From positions 32,001 to 96,000 of the forward strand of contig JANVYR010000002.1 in the NCBI GenBank assembly GCA_030059665.1: a stretch of 64,000 nucleotides of DNA, given 5' to 3'. A model generated the notes under the pieces. The model was given only the letters and a program-made list of their open reading frames with translations. It was not told where the DNA came from and searched no databases. Source of the DNA: Candidatus Calditenuis fumarioli (GTDB lineage: Archaea; Thermoproteota; Nitrososphaeria_A; Caldarchaeales; Calditenuaceae). Positions 9,309 to 17,393 of this stretch are shown here, piece after piece. Position numbers and translations under genes: made by a program. The number at the start of each line of letters is the position of its first letter. The first letter of the stretch is position 1.

Positions 9309-9740
9309 TCACCGGAAGCACGCGAAGGACTCGACCTCCAGCTCCCCCGAGACGCCGGTGCCCTGATCGGCCTGGAGCATCGTCGTGAAGGTCTTCCCGG
9401 TGGAGGTGATCACCCCCAGCTCCACCACGATCCCCGATGGAGGGCTCTCGACGAGCCGCACCTCGCACGTCACCTGGTCCCCGGGCCTGAGCAGCACCTC
9501 ACCCGAAGCCTCCGCAGCCGGCTTCCCCTGCAGCAGCAATACCCTGACCCTCGAGACCTCCACGCCCGGGTTCCTGACGAGGAAGACGATGGTCCTCGGA
9601 TCCTGCATGTAGGCCCCGGAGAGCTCCAGCCTCTCGAACCTTGTGGTTGCGGTGATGACGTTCAGCGCGAAGTACCCGACCGCCAGGGCCATAACCACGG
9701 CCACAACCACCAGGATCACCTTGGCCACCACCGGTGACAT
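9309..9740 (-). CDS. Pilin paralog lacking a charged leader peptide
   Basis: MSPVVAKVILVVVAVVMALAV...TRFERLELSGAY aligns with the mature N-terminus of 8690..9154; also shares RNPG/KNSG and TSTGKTF/STSGKTY. Confidence 0.75.
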   Translation of the reverse strand: MSPVVAKVILVVVAVVMALAVGYFALNVITATTRFERLELSGAYMQDPRTIVFLVRNPGVEVSRVRVLLLQGKPAAEASGEVLLRPGDQVTCEVRLVESPPSGIVVELGVITSTGKTFTTMLQADQGTGVSGELEVESFACFR

Positions 9741-9853
9741 CAGGGTTGAGAATATCCATCCGAAATTACCGCTTTTCGGCCAGCGTTCTCACCCACCCGC
9801 ATCCCTGACCAGCAAAACATATTACCCCTCCGAGGGATGAAAGACGGCAGGGC

Positions 9854-11635
9854 ATGGGGTTCTCCGACTCCTTCGCGTCCTTCGCCTTCACCCACTTCAG
9901 GGGCCTCGGCAGCCGTCTGGTCCTGAGGCTCGCTCCGGGCATACCGGAGAAGCTCGACTCTACGGGCAAGCGGATCCACCCAGAGGTCTTCGCCTCGATG
10001 GTCTCGGCCGCCTTCGTCCTCTCCGCGATCGTCACCGGAGCTCTCATGGCGACCGTCTTCGTCCTGACAGGAGAGGCCCTCTTCGCGCTGCTCCTCCTCC
10101 CGATACCGTTCCTGGTCCTCCTCCTCGGCATCGCATACCCATACCTCTCCGCCTCCGGAGCCGCATCGATGTACGAGAGCGAGGTCCCCTACGCCGCTGC
10201 TTACCTGGCCGTGATGTCGACCGGCGGTATACCGCCCTTCAAGAGCCTCGAGCGCCTCTCCGAGAGCGAGCTCCTCCCCAACATCGCCAAGTCGGCGAAG
10301 ATCGCCAGGGTACACGTCTCCGTCGCCGGCGAGGACCCTGTCACCGCGATAGAGAAGATGGCCAAGGGCATACCCTCGAAGGAGTACAGGGACCTGCTGC
10401 TGGGATACGCGTCAACGCTCAGGTCCGGCGGCGACGTCGTCCACTTCCTGATCCGGAAGACGGAGCAGATCTTCACGTCGCGGATGGGGACGATGCGGAT
10501 CGTCGGCGAGCGCATGGGTATGCTGATGGAGGGTTACGCGGCCATAACCATGATGCTGTCGCTGGTGCTCTTCACGATCTACATCGTCTCGAGGGCCCTC
10601 CCCTCGGAGTTCATGGTCCTCCCGGCCGAGCAGTTCGCCATCATCGCGTACATCGTCCTGCCCATGCTCTCGATAGTCTTCCTTTACATCGCTGACATCA
10701 GTCAGCCCAAGTACCCCCAGACCGACCCGAGGCCGATGAGGGTCTTCTACTACACGCTCCCCGCGGGCTTCGCGTTCCTCGCGCTCTTCGTCCTGCCCTT
10801 CTACGTCACCGACCTCCAGTTCATCTCGCCCTTCAGGGAGACCTCCGGGTCGATCGTGGCCCTCAGGAAGCTGATGGGCCTCGAGCAGGGCTACGAGTCT
10901 TCGATCGCGCTCTGCCTGAACTTCATCGTCTTCTTCCTCCCCGGAGCCGTGGCCTTCATGAGGTACAGCAGGGAGAACTTCTCGGTCATCCACGGCATGA
11001 CCGTCTTCCTCAGGGACCTCACCGAGGTGCGGAAGACGGGCCTCAGCCCCGAGCAGTGCATCATCGACCTGTCCCGGAACAACTACGGCGCGTTCTCCAA
11101 GAGGCTGAAGGAGATAGCCCGGATGATCAGCTGGGGTCTCCCCCTCAGCAAGATCTACCAGGAGTTCGTCAAGAGGACGTACGGCTGGCTCGAGCGCGCA
11201 GGCATGTTCATTCTGATCGACGCAATAGACGTCGGTGGCGGAGCTCCCGAGACCCTCGAGGTCCTGACGTCGTTCTCCGAGGACCTGGAGGAGATCGAGC
11301 GTCAGAAGCGCGCAACCCTCAGGCCGCTGATGATGATCCCGTACCTCACGGCCCTCCTCCTGGTGACGGTGGTGGTGATCCTGGTGGTCTTCATGAGGGA
11401 GCTGCTCAAGGTGGCCCGGATGCCCATCTCCGCCGCCGAGTTCATCGGCTTCTTCCTCCCTCCGGTGATCTTCATCGCGGCCATCAGCGGCCTCGTCGCA
11501 GGTAAGATCTCCACCTCAAGGGTTGCAGGGGGCTTCGTTCACGCGGTGATACTCTCGGCGGTCTCGCTGATAGCGATCTGGATCACCGGCATCGTATCGG
11601 TGCAGCTCTTCCAGCTGCCGTCCGTCGGCGGTTGA
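9854..11635 (+). CDS. Type II secretion system F-domain (TadC/ArlJ-like) pilus membrane platform, two T2SSF repeats
   Basis: Multi-TM; two repeats with motifs STGGIPPFKSLE and RKTGLSPEQCI, and GGD/GGG...L. Confidence 0.9.
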   Translation: MGFSDSFASFAFTHFRGLGSRLVLRLAPGIPEKLDSTGKRIHPEVFASMVSAAFVLSAIVTGALMATVFVLTGEALFALLLLPIPFLVLLLGIAYPYLSASGAASMYESEVPYAAAYLAVMSTGGIPPFKSLERLSESELLPNIAKSAKIARVHVSVAGEDPVTAIEKMAKGIPSKEYRDLLLGYASTLRSGGDVVHFLIRKTEQIFTSRMGTMRIVGERMGMLMEGYAAITMMLSLVLFTIYIVSRALPSEFMVLPAEQFAIIAYIVLPMLSIVFLYIADISQPKYPQTDPRPMRVFYYTLPAGFAFLALFVLPFYVTDLQFISPFRETSGSIVALRKLMGLEQGYESSIALCLNFIVFFLPGAVAFMRYSRENFSVIHGMTVFLRDLTEVRKTGLSPEQCIIDLSRNNYGAFSKRLKEIARMISWGLPLSKIYQEFVKRTYGWLERAGMFILIDAIDVGGGAPETLEVLTSFSEDLEEIERQKRATLRPLMMIPYLTALLLVTVVVILVVFMRELLKVARMPISAAEFIGFFLPPVIFIAAISGLVAGKISTSRVAGGFVHAVILSAVSLIAIWITGIVSVQLFQLPSVGG

Positions 11636-11653
11636 GCTCGCTGCTGAACGCCG

Positions 11654-13282
11654 TCAGACCAAGGAGCCCTTGATCCGGTCCACGATGACGGACAGCCTTC
11701 CGCGCAGCATCACCTCGCTCACGTCGGCTAGGTCTATCACTTCGATCTCGAGGTTCCTGGCCAGCTCCAGGAGCTCAGGAGCCAGCTTGCTGACGGATAG
11801 CACGTAAACGTGGTCGACCTTCTCGTGCACCTTGAACCAGAACGCCTCCGATATCACGTCCGCGGTGCTCTTGTACGGTGCTCCGACGCTGAACACCGCC
11901 GCAACAACCCTCCCGTAGGCCTTCACCACGAGGTCAGCCATCCTCGTGACCCCCATCTCGTCCACAGACACGTACGGGGCCTCGGTGATCAGCCCCGATG
12001 ACCTGAGGAGGTTCGTCAGCGCGATTATCGGCCTCTTCTCCCTCAGCACCGCATCCCTGTAGGCGGGTTTGAACCTGATGGCGGTGTACCGGAAGATCAG
12101 ACCGCTCTGGATGTCGTAGAACTCGCCGCAGGACTTGCAGTGGAACCTCGTCCTCGGGACGTCGAAGATCGCCCCGCACGCTCCGCACCTGAACATCGAG
12201 GAGTAGATCGTGAGGACACTCTGCTGACCGGTGCCCCTTTCTGCAGCTGCAGGCGTTCCTTCGGAGACGAGCGATAGCACCTTATCAGTCCTTATCTTGC
12301 ACTGGGGGCACTCGAAGTAGGCACCCCTGGTGAAGCTCTGCTGAGGACCGAGGTATCCGCAGTTACCGCACTGGTAGATGTCCTGCCTTACTATGTCGTC
12401 GGACCTGCACTGCGGACAGACGAGGTCAGCGAACGCGTCGGCCTTCAGGCATTTCGGACAGCATACCGATTTGAAGACGAAGCCCGCGTTCTCCAGGACG
12501 CCCTTCCGCAACAACGAGTTCACAGCGTCGTAGATCGTCGCCGGATCGTACAGCAGGGCCTTCTCGATAGCGAGGTATCTTCCGCCCGTCTCGGACGCTA
12601 TGTCCTTCACCGGGACCAGTGCACCCTCGACCTCCGCCATCATCTCAACGATTGCCCTCTCCTGCAGAGACAGTATCAGGGCCGGCTGCCTGAAACCTAT
12701 GACCTCAGCTATCCTCCTCTTCCCCTCCTGTGAGACATCGGCCTGTGGCCCGACCTCCTTCTGTTCCTGCTGTGCAACGAATTCCGCTGCTCTGGTCCCC
12801 TCCTTCGCCTCGACCCCACCTGTACCCGCTGCCGGACGAACTTCGCCTGGAGCTGGTTCCTGCACCGCGCCCTGAACCTGCTGGGCCGTCTCCGGGAAGG
12901 GAGGCCCCTCCGGAGCCTTACCCCTTGATGAGAAATACGACGCGGCGATGTGGACGATTGTGAAGATCGCTGGCTGAACCGCCGTGACCACGATCAGGGG
13001 CAAAACGTTGGGTGCCTCCGAGACGAAAACCGAATACAGCAGCACTCCAACCAACCATCCGAGTATCCCGGCTGTGAAAGTTGCGTAGTAGTACTCGGAG
13101 CCCCTCGTCCAGGGTATCAGCAAAACGAGCAAGGAGAGGAGACCCCCGATGATCCCCGGAGCTATCGCGATGAACTCCAGAGGTAGCGCCCTCGAGATGA
13201 CGATCGCTATGACCGTGATGGGTGTTATTGCGAGCGTTGTGACGGCGAACGGGATCGCTGATTCCCTGCCGAGTAACTTCAT
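11654..13282 (-). CDS. Membrane-anchored multi-Zn-ribbon protein, TackOD1-like domain plus C-terminal restriction-endonuclease-like fold
   Basis: Three N-terminal hydrophobic helices; six CxxC pairs (CPKC, CPQC, CGNCG, CPQC, CGACG, CKSCG); C-terminal ADLVVK..GRVVAAV. Confidence 0.6.
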   Translation of the reverse strand: MKLLGRESAIPFAVTTLAITPITVIAIVISRALPLEFIAIAPGIIGGLLSLLVLLIPWTRGSEYYYATFTAGILGWLVGVLLYSVFVSEAPNVLPLIVVTAVQPAIFTIVHIAASYFSSRGKAPEGPPFPETAQQVQGAVQEPAPGEVRPAAGTGGVEAKEGTRAAEFVAQQEQKEVGPQADVSQEGKRRIAEVIGFRQPALILSLQERAIVEMMAEVEGALVPVKDIASETGGRYLAIEKALLYDPATIYDAVNSLLRKGVLENAGFVFKSVCCPKCLKADAFADLVCPQCRSDDIVRQDIYQCGNCGYLGPQQSFTRGAYFECPQCKIRTDKVLSLVSEGTPAAAERGTGQQSVLTIYSSMFRCGACGAIFDVPRTRFHCKSCGEFYDIQSGLIFRYTAIRFKPAYRDAVLREKRPIIALTNLLRSSGLITEAPYVSVDEMGVTRMADLVVKAYGRVVAAVFSVGAPYKSTADVISEAFWFKVHEKVDHVYVLSVSKLAPELLELARNLEIEVIDLADVSEVMLRGRLSVIVDRIKGSLV

Positions 13283-13413
13283 CTCCCTCCGAGTTTATAT
13301 GCTGTGCTCAGCGGAATAAATCCTTTTGATGCGGAATGCTGCCTACAACTCCGAGCTAACCGGAAAGCCATCAGCTGACGGTGACGCCGTTATATCCGTC
13401 GACGTGATGGCGT

Positions 13414-14763
13414 GTGATGGGTTTGCAGCGGGTCGCGATTCCCTGGACCGAGAAGTACAGGCCCAGGAGGGTGAGCGAGGTGGTGGGCAACGGGGAGGCG
13501 GTCCAGGCTTTCCTCGAGTGGGTGAGGAGCTGGAGCTCGGGAAGGCCCGCGAAGAAGGCGGCCCTTCTCCACGGCCCTCCGGGAACAGGGAAGACCTCGC
13601 TGGTCATCGCCTTCGCGGAGGAGAACGGCTACGACCTGGTCCAGCTCAACGCCAGCGACAGGAGGTCGGCCGAGGACATCAAGAACCTCCTCGGGCAGGC
13701 GGTCAGGGCTGCCTCGGTCTTCGGGCGGAGGAGGATCGTCCTGATCGACGAGGTCGACGGTCTCTCGACCGTTGCCGATGCGGGTGGCGTCAGAGCCATC
13801 GCTTCCCTGATCGACCGGACCGAGGTTCCTATCGTGCTGGTGGCCAACGACCCCTGGGATCCATCCCTTCAGGAGCTAAGGTCCAGGTGCGAGATGATCG
13901 GTTTCAGGAGGCTGAGGGCTAAGGAGGTTTTGTCGAGGCTGGAGGAGATCTGCAGGAGGGAGGGAGTCTCGGTCGACCGGGAGGTCCTCGAGTCCATCGC
14001 AGAGCGCTCGAAGGGCGACATGAGGGCCGCCATCAACGACCTCCAGCTGGTGGCTACCTCTGGATCGGATCCGAGGAGGGTCCTCGAGTCGATACCGAAC
14101 AGGGTGATCGAGCTCAACGCGTTCGAGCTCCTCGGCCGGATCTTCGGAGCCCACCGCTTCTCCGAGGGAAGGGGAACGCTTGCCAACACAGACCTCGACG
14201 TGGACACGGTCTTCACGTGGGTCCTGGACAACCTGGACCAGCAGATCAGGGACCCGCAGGCGCTCCATGAGGCGTACAAGGTCCTGGCCGACGCAGACCT
14301 TCACCTGAGGAGGGCCACGAGGCTCCAGCGCTGGGAGCTGATGAAGTACGGCACCATCCTGCTCTCCGCAGGGCCCGGCGTGATCAAGGCAACAGTGGCG
14401 GAGAAGGGAGGGAGGTTCGAGTTCCCCGCGAGGATCAGGTTCATGCAGCAGACCAAGGACGTCCGGACGCTTGCCGACTCGATCCTTACGAAGGTCACCA
14501 GGAGGCTCCACATGTCCAGGGCGAAGGCCGCGGTCCACTTCCTGCCCTACCTGAGGCTGATGCTGAAGGCCGGCGATCGCGGGATCGCGAGGCACTTCAG
14601 ACTCACGGAGGAGGAGATAGGGTATCTGGTCTCGAGGGCGCCGGAGCTCAGGGTTCAGCCGGCAGAGGTGAGGGAGTCCGTTGAGGAGCGGGCGAGGCCC
14701 CAGGCTAAGGCTAGACGCGCCGGAACGGCGTCAGGGCGGTCAACGGGACGATCCCGCGCATGA
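13414..14763 (+). CDS. rfcL: Replication factor C large subunit
   Basis: PWTEKYRP, GPPGTGKT, NASD, LIDEVD, SRC, GDMRAAINDL motifs. Confidence 0.95.
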   Translation: MMGLQRVAIPWTEKYRPRRVSEVVGNGEAVQAFLEWVRSWSSGRPAKKAALLHGPPGTGKTSLVIAFAEENGYDLVQLNASDRRSAEDIKNLLGQAVRAASVFGRRRIVLIDEVDGLSTVADAGGVRAIASLIDRTEVPIVLVANDPWDPSLQELRSRCEMIGFRRLRAKEVLSRLEEICRREGVSVDREVLESIAERSKGDMRAAINDLQLVATSGSDPRRVLESIPNRVIELNAFELLGRIFGAHRFSEGRGTLANTDLDVDTVFTWVLDNLDQQIRDPQALHEAYKVLADADLHLRRATRLQRWELMKYGTILLSAGPGVIKATVAEKGGRFEFPARIRFMQQTKDVRTLADSILTKVTRRLHMSRAKAAVHFLPYLRLMLKAGDRGIARHFRLTEEEIGYLVSRAPELRVQPAEVRESVEERARPQAKARRAGTASGRSTGRSRA

Positions 14764-15173
14764 GGGGCATGTACTGGGAGGAAGAGGAGGGTAGGAGGTT
14801 CAGGTGGCGCACGATGGACGAGCGGGGTCGAGAGCAGGTCCTCACCAAGGTGAGAGAATTGCTGGAGGCCGACAACGACGTGGTGCTCGCGGTCGTCCAC
14901 GGCTCCTTCCTCTCCGGCGGCCCCTTCCGGGACCTGGACATCGCGGTCTACGTGAGGGGAGGGGTTGACGCGCTGGACAAGAAGATCGAGCTGGAGCGGG
15001 CCCTTGAGGAAGCGACGGGCCTTCCCGTCGACGTGAGCGTCCTGAACGAGGCACCGGCGTGGTTCGTGAGGAGGGCCCTCTCTAATTGCAGGGTGCTAGT
15101 GGAGCGCTACCCCGTCCTGGAGCGGTTGTACCTGATGAGCGTCGATGCCTCCACCGAGAACGTCCGGGACTGA
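14760..15173 (+). CDS. Minimal nucleotidyltransferase (MNT, MntA-like)
   Basis: HGSFL.GGPFRDLDIAV and VDVSVLNEAP motifs; ATGA overlap with rfcL. Confidence 0.85.
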   Translation: MRGMYWEEEEGRRFRWRTMDERGREQVLTKVRELLEADNDVVLAVVHGSFLSGGPFRDLDIAVYVRGGVDALDKKIELERALEEATGLPVDVSVLNEAPAWFVRRALSNCRVLVERYPVLERLYLMSVDASTENVRD

Positions 15174-15185
15174 GGCCCTTCTGTG

Positions 15186-16361
15186 TCAGCCGTGGTGGCC
15201 CTGACCAGTTCCCCTCTTGAGGAGGGCCGTCAGCTCGCGCTCGAGGATCGACGCGGGCACCTCCGGCAGCGTGATGTAGCTCTTCCTCCCCCTTATGCCC
15301 TCGCTCTTGACCCGGATCCTGATGAAGCCCTGGTCCTCGAGGCGCTGGAGGATCTCCCAGAACCTCGTGGATGCCCTCGGAGCCACCTGGTGCTCCTCGC
15401 AGACCATCGCGTAGTACCTGCTCAGCTCGCTCGCGGTCACCGAAGGGGCGTTGTTGCTCAGGAAGTACCTCGCGAGGGACAAGAGTACCAGCTTCTCGTG
15501 GAGCGACAGGTAGTGCAGGCTCTCCCTCCTGATGGCGGGGTAGACGCTGGCCGCGGCCTTCCTCACGTGCTCCGCCCTCACCCTCTGAGAACCCTCCTGC
15601 TCCGCGAACTTACCAGCCCTCCAGAGGAGCTCGATCGCGTACCGGGCGTCGCCCCTCTCCGCAGCCAGGTCCACGATCGCCTCTATCGCCTCCTCGGTCA
15701 CCACGCCCTCGTGGAAGGCCTCGGATGCCCTGTACTCGACGATGTCGCGGAGCTGCCGGTGGTCGTACTCGCTCAGGTTGATCACGTTGGTGAGGAACAT
15801 CGTCCTGGTCCCCTCGTCGACTCCCTGGAACGCCTCGAGCCCCCGCGAGATCAGGAGCACCGAGAGCCTCGACCCTCCCCTTCTCTCCTCCCCCACCCTC
15901 GCGAGGTAGTAGAGGGCCTCCTGCTCCTCCCTCAGTAACGCGTCCACCTCGTCCAGGGCCAGCACGACCCGAACGTCCCTCTCCTCGAGGTAGTCGAGCA
16001 GGTCGTGGAGGAGCTCCTCGTTGGACAGGCCCCTGGTTGGTATCCCGGCCCTCAGCTGCTCTATCGCCCGCTTAAGGACCGAGAAGAGCGTCCGGTGGAT
16101 GCGGCAGTTGACGTACGCGAACCTGACGTCCGTCGAGGATTCCCTCGCGAGCTCCTCAGCCCTCCTCCCGAAGAGCTTGGAGAGCGCGGTCTTCCCCGTG
16201 CCGGTGGGCCCCGCGATCAGCGCCCTGACCGGTGCGGTCCTCCTCCCGGAGACGAACGATGAGAAGAGGGACGTCAGGTGATCGAGCTCTTCCTCCCTGT
16301 GGGGGAGCCTCGAGGGGACGTACTCGGGCGAGAGCTTGTCCTCGTCCCTGAAGATCCACAT
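15186..16361 (-). CDS. cdc6: Orc1/Cdc6 replication initiator
   Basis: IFRDEDKLSPEYVPSRLPHREEE, GPTGTGKT, LDEVD, GDARYAI, C-terminal winged helix; start at ATG 16361 behind AGGAGG. Confidence 0.95.
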   Translation of the reverse strand: MWIFRDEDKLSPEYVPSRLPHREEELDHLTSLFSSFVSGRRTAPVRALIAGPTGTGKTALSKLFGRRAEELARESSTDVRFAYVNCRIHRTLFSVLKRAIEQLRAGIPTRGLSNEELLHDLLDYLEERDVRVVLALDEVDALLREEQEALYYLARVGEERRGGSRLSVLLISRGLEAFQGVDEGTRTMFLTNVINLSEYDHRQLRDIVEYRASEAFHEGVVTEEAIEAIVDLAAERGDARYAIELLWRAGKFAEQEGSQRVRAEHVRKAAASVYPAIRRESLHYLSLHEKLVLLSLARYFLSNNAPSVTASELSRYYAMVCEEHQVAPRASTRFWEILQRLEDQGFIRIRVKSEGIRGRKSYITLPEVPASILERELTALLKRGTGQGHHG

Positions 16362-16525
16362 CCCTCCTATGGCCCTGCGGAACGGCCGGTATTTTTGCAG
16401 AAGGTCGAGGGTTGGGCGAAAGTGGAGCGCGTTGCGCCCTGCTTCCTGAAATCCCTGTCCCGACCTCAGCGCCCCAGCCAGATCCAACCCCACATCGCCT
16501 CTCAAGCCAATACTTTAGCTACCCG

Positions 16526-16633
16526 ATGAGGGACATAAGGAACGTCCTCGACTTCTTCCGGAGGAGGTTCCATGTGGACGTAGACCCCGACGAGAATTCG
16601 GAGCGGGTCATAGCTTCGCTCCTCCAGGTCTGA
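16526..16633 (+). CDS. Possible 35-aa micro-ORF
   Basis: MRDIRNVLDFFRRRF...; GC-rich third positions like host genes; very short. Confidence 0.25.
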   Translation: MRDIRNVLDFFRRRFHVDVDPDENSERVIASLLQV

Positions 16634-16678
16634 CCTCGCAACCCGCTTAGAAAAAATTGTGGCTTATTTCACAGGCTT

Positions 16679-17137
16679 CTATTGGCTCCTGAGCCCATTC
16701 TCTCTTTGCGCTGGAGCTTCCCATGTTTTGAAGGCGGATCTGACGGTAGTCACAAGGTCGTCGTAGTTAGTGTAATATTTGCTTATTCTGAAAACCTCGA
16801 CCCCACAGCTCCTGACCAGCTCCACTATCTCCTTGAGGTCTGATATGGCCTTCTCAAGGCATGCTGGCGGGCACTTGCTGAAGACCCGCTCCACGTCCGC
16901 TAACACTCGTGTCCAATTGGGATAAAAGAATATGTGGACTGCTCCCGGATGGAGGACGAATCCCTGTCTCCCTTTAAGATGGTTCTCGTATCTGCAGTTC
17001 GTCGGTATCTTTGGTGCTGATGGCTCCTCCTTCGGCTCTGGCCCATCGATAACTTCGCCTGTTATCTCGGTCTCCCTCCTTTCCTCGGCTTCAGCATTCA
17101 AGAACTCGTCAAGGGTGAACTGCTTATAATACACCAT
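16679..17137 (-). CDS. Hypothetical protein with N-terminal PIP-box-like motif
   Basis: KQFTLDEFL matches Q-x-x-L-x-x-F-[FL]; lower-GC island; 6 bp downstream of 17144..17356. Confidence 0.6.
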   Translation of the reverse strand: MVYYKQFTLDEFLNAEAEERRETEITGEVIDGPEPKEEPSAPKIPTNCRYENHLKGRQGFVLHPGAVHIFFYPNWTRVLADVERVFSKCPPACLEKAISDLKEIVELVRSCGVEVFRISKYYTNYDDLVTTVRSAFKTWEAPAQRENGLRSQ

Positions 17138-17143
17138 ACATCA

Positions 17144-17356
17144 TTACCCAATCTGCGGCTTGACCTCCATCAACCGCTCAAGCATGGGTATGGCATCTGA
17201 TTCCCCTGCCTGAGCCAATATCGCCTTAAGGTGCTTGATGTCGTCGGACTCGATCATCCGTGGTGCCATGACATACTCAACGTCAAAGTATGGCGTCGGG
17301 GCGTGGATGTATATGGGGCCTTTATGCATGAGTTCAATCGTTAGGATGTTAGACAC
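17144..17356 (-). pseudogene. Truncated PCNA-like C-terminal fragment with extension
   Basis: LTIELMHKGPIYIHAPTPYFDVEYVMAPRMIE resembles the sliding-clamp C-terminus (V.I.F....P..I......L.YYLAPR.E). Confidence 0.45.
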
Positions 17357-17368
17357 AGCTCACATTCC

Positions 17369-17375
17369 TTATGTA
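17369..17375 (+). promoter_or_regulatory. Putative TATA-like box of IS110-like gene
   Basis: TTATGTA here and TTATGAA at 40731..40737, both ending 19 nt before the homologous ATG. Confidence 0.35.
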
Positions 17376-17393
17376 CCTGCATTGCGATATGAG

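Noticed and set aside
17345-17356. Match of variable segment 2 (GTCTAA) to the copy 1 left junction (TTAGAC), and of AGCTT to the copy 2 flank
   Set aside because: Only 5-6 nt and in opposite orientations in the two copies; indistinguishable from chance without more loci.
17235-17393. Long N-terminal extensions of the IS110-like ORFs given by the ORF track (also 40594..40755)
   Set aside because: They overlap the divergent ORF remnant, are not homologous between the copies upstream of the shared boundary, and a conserved ATG exists at 17394/40756.
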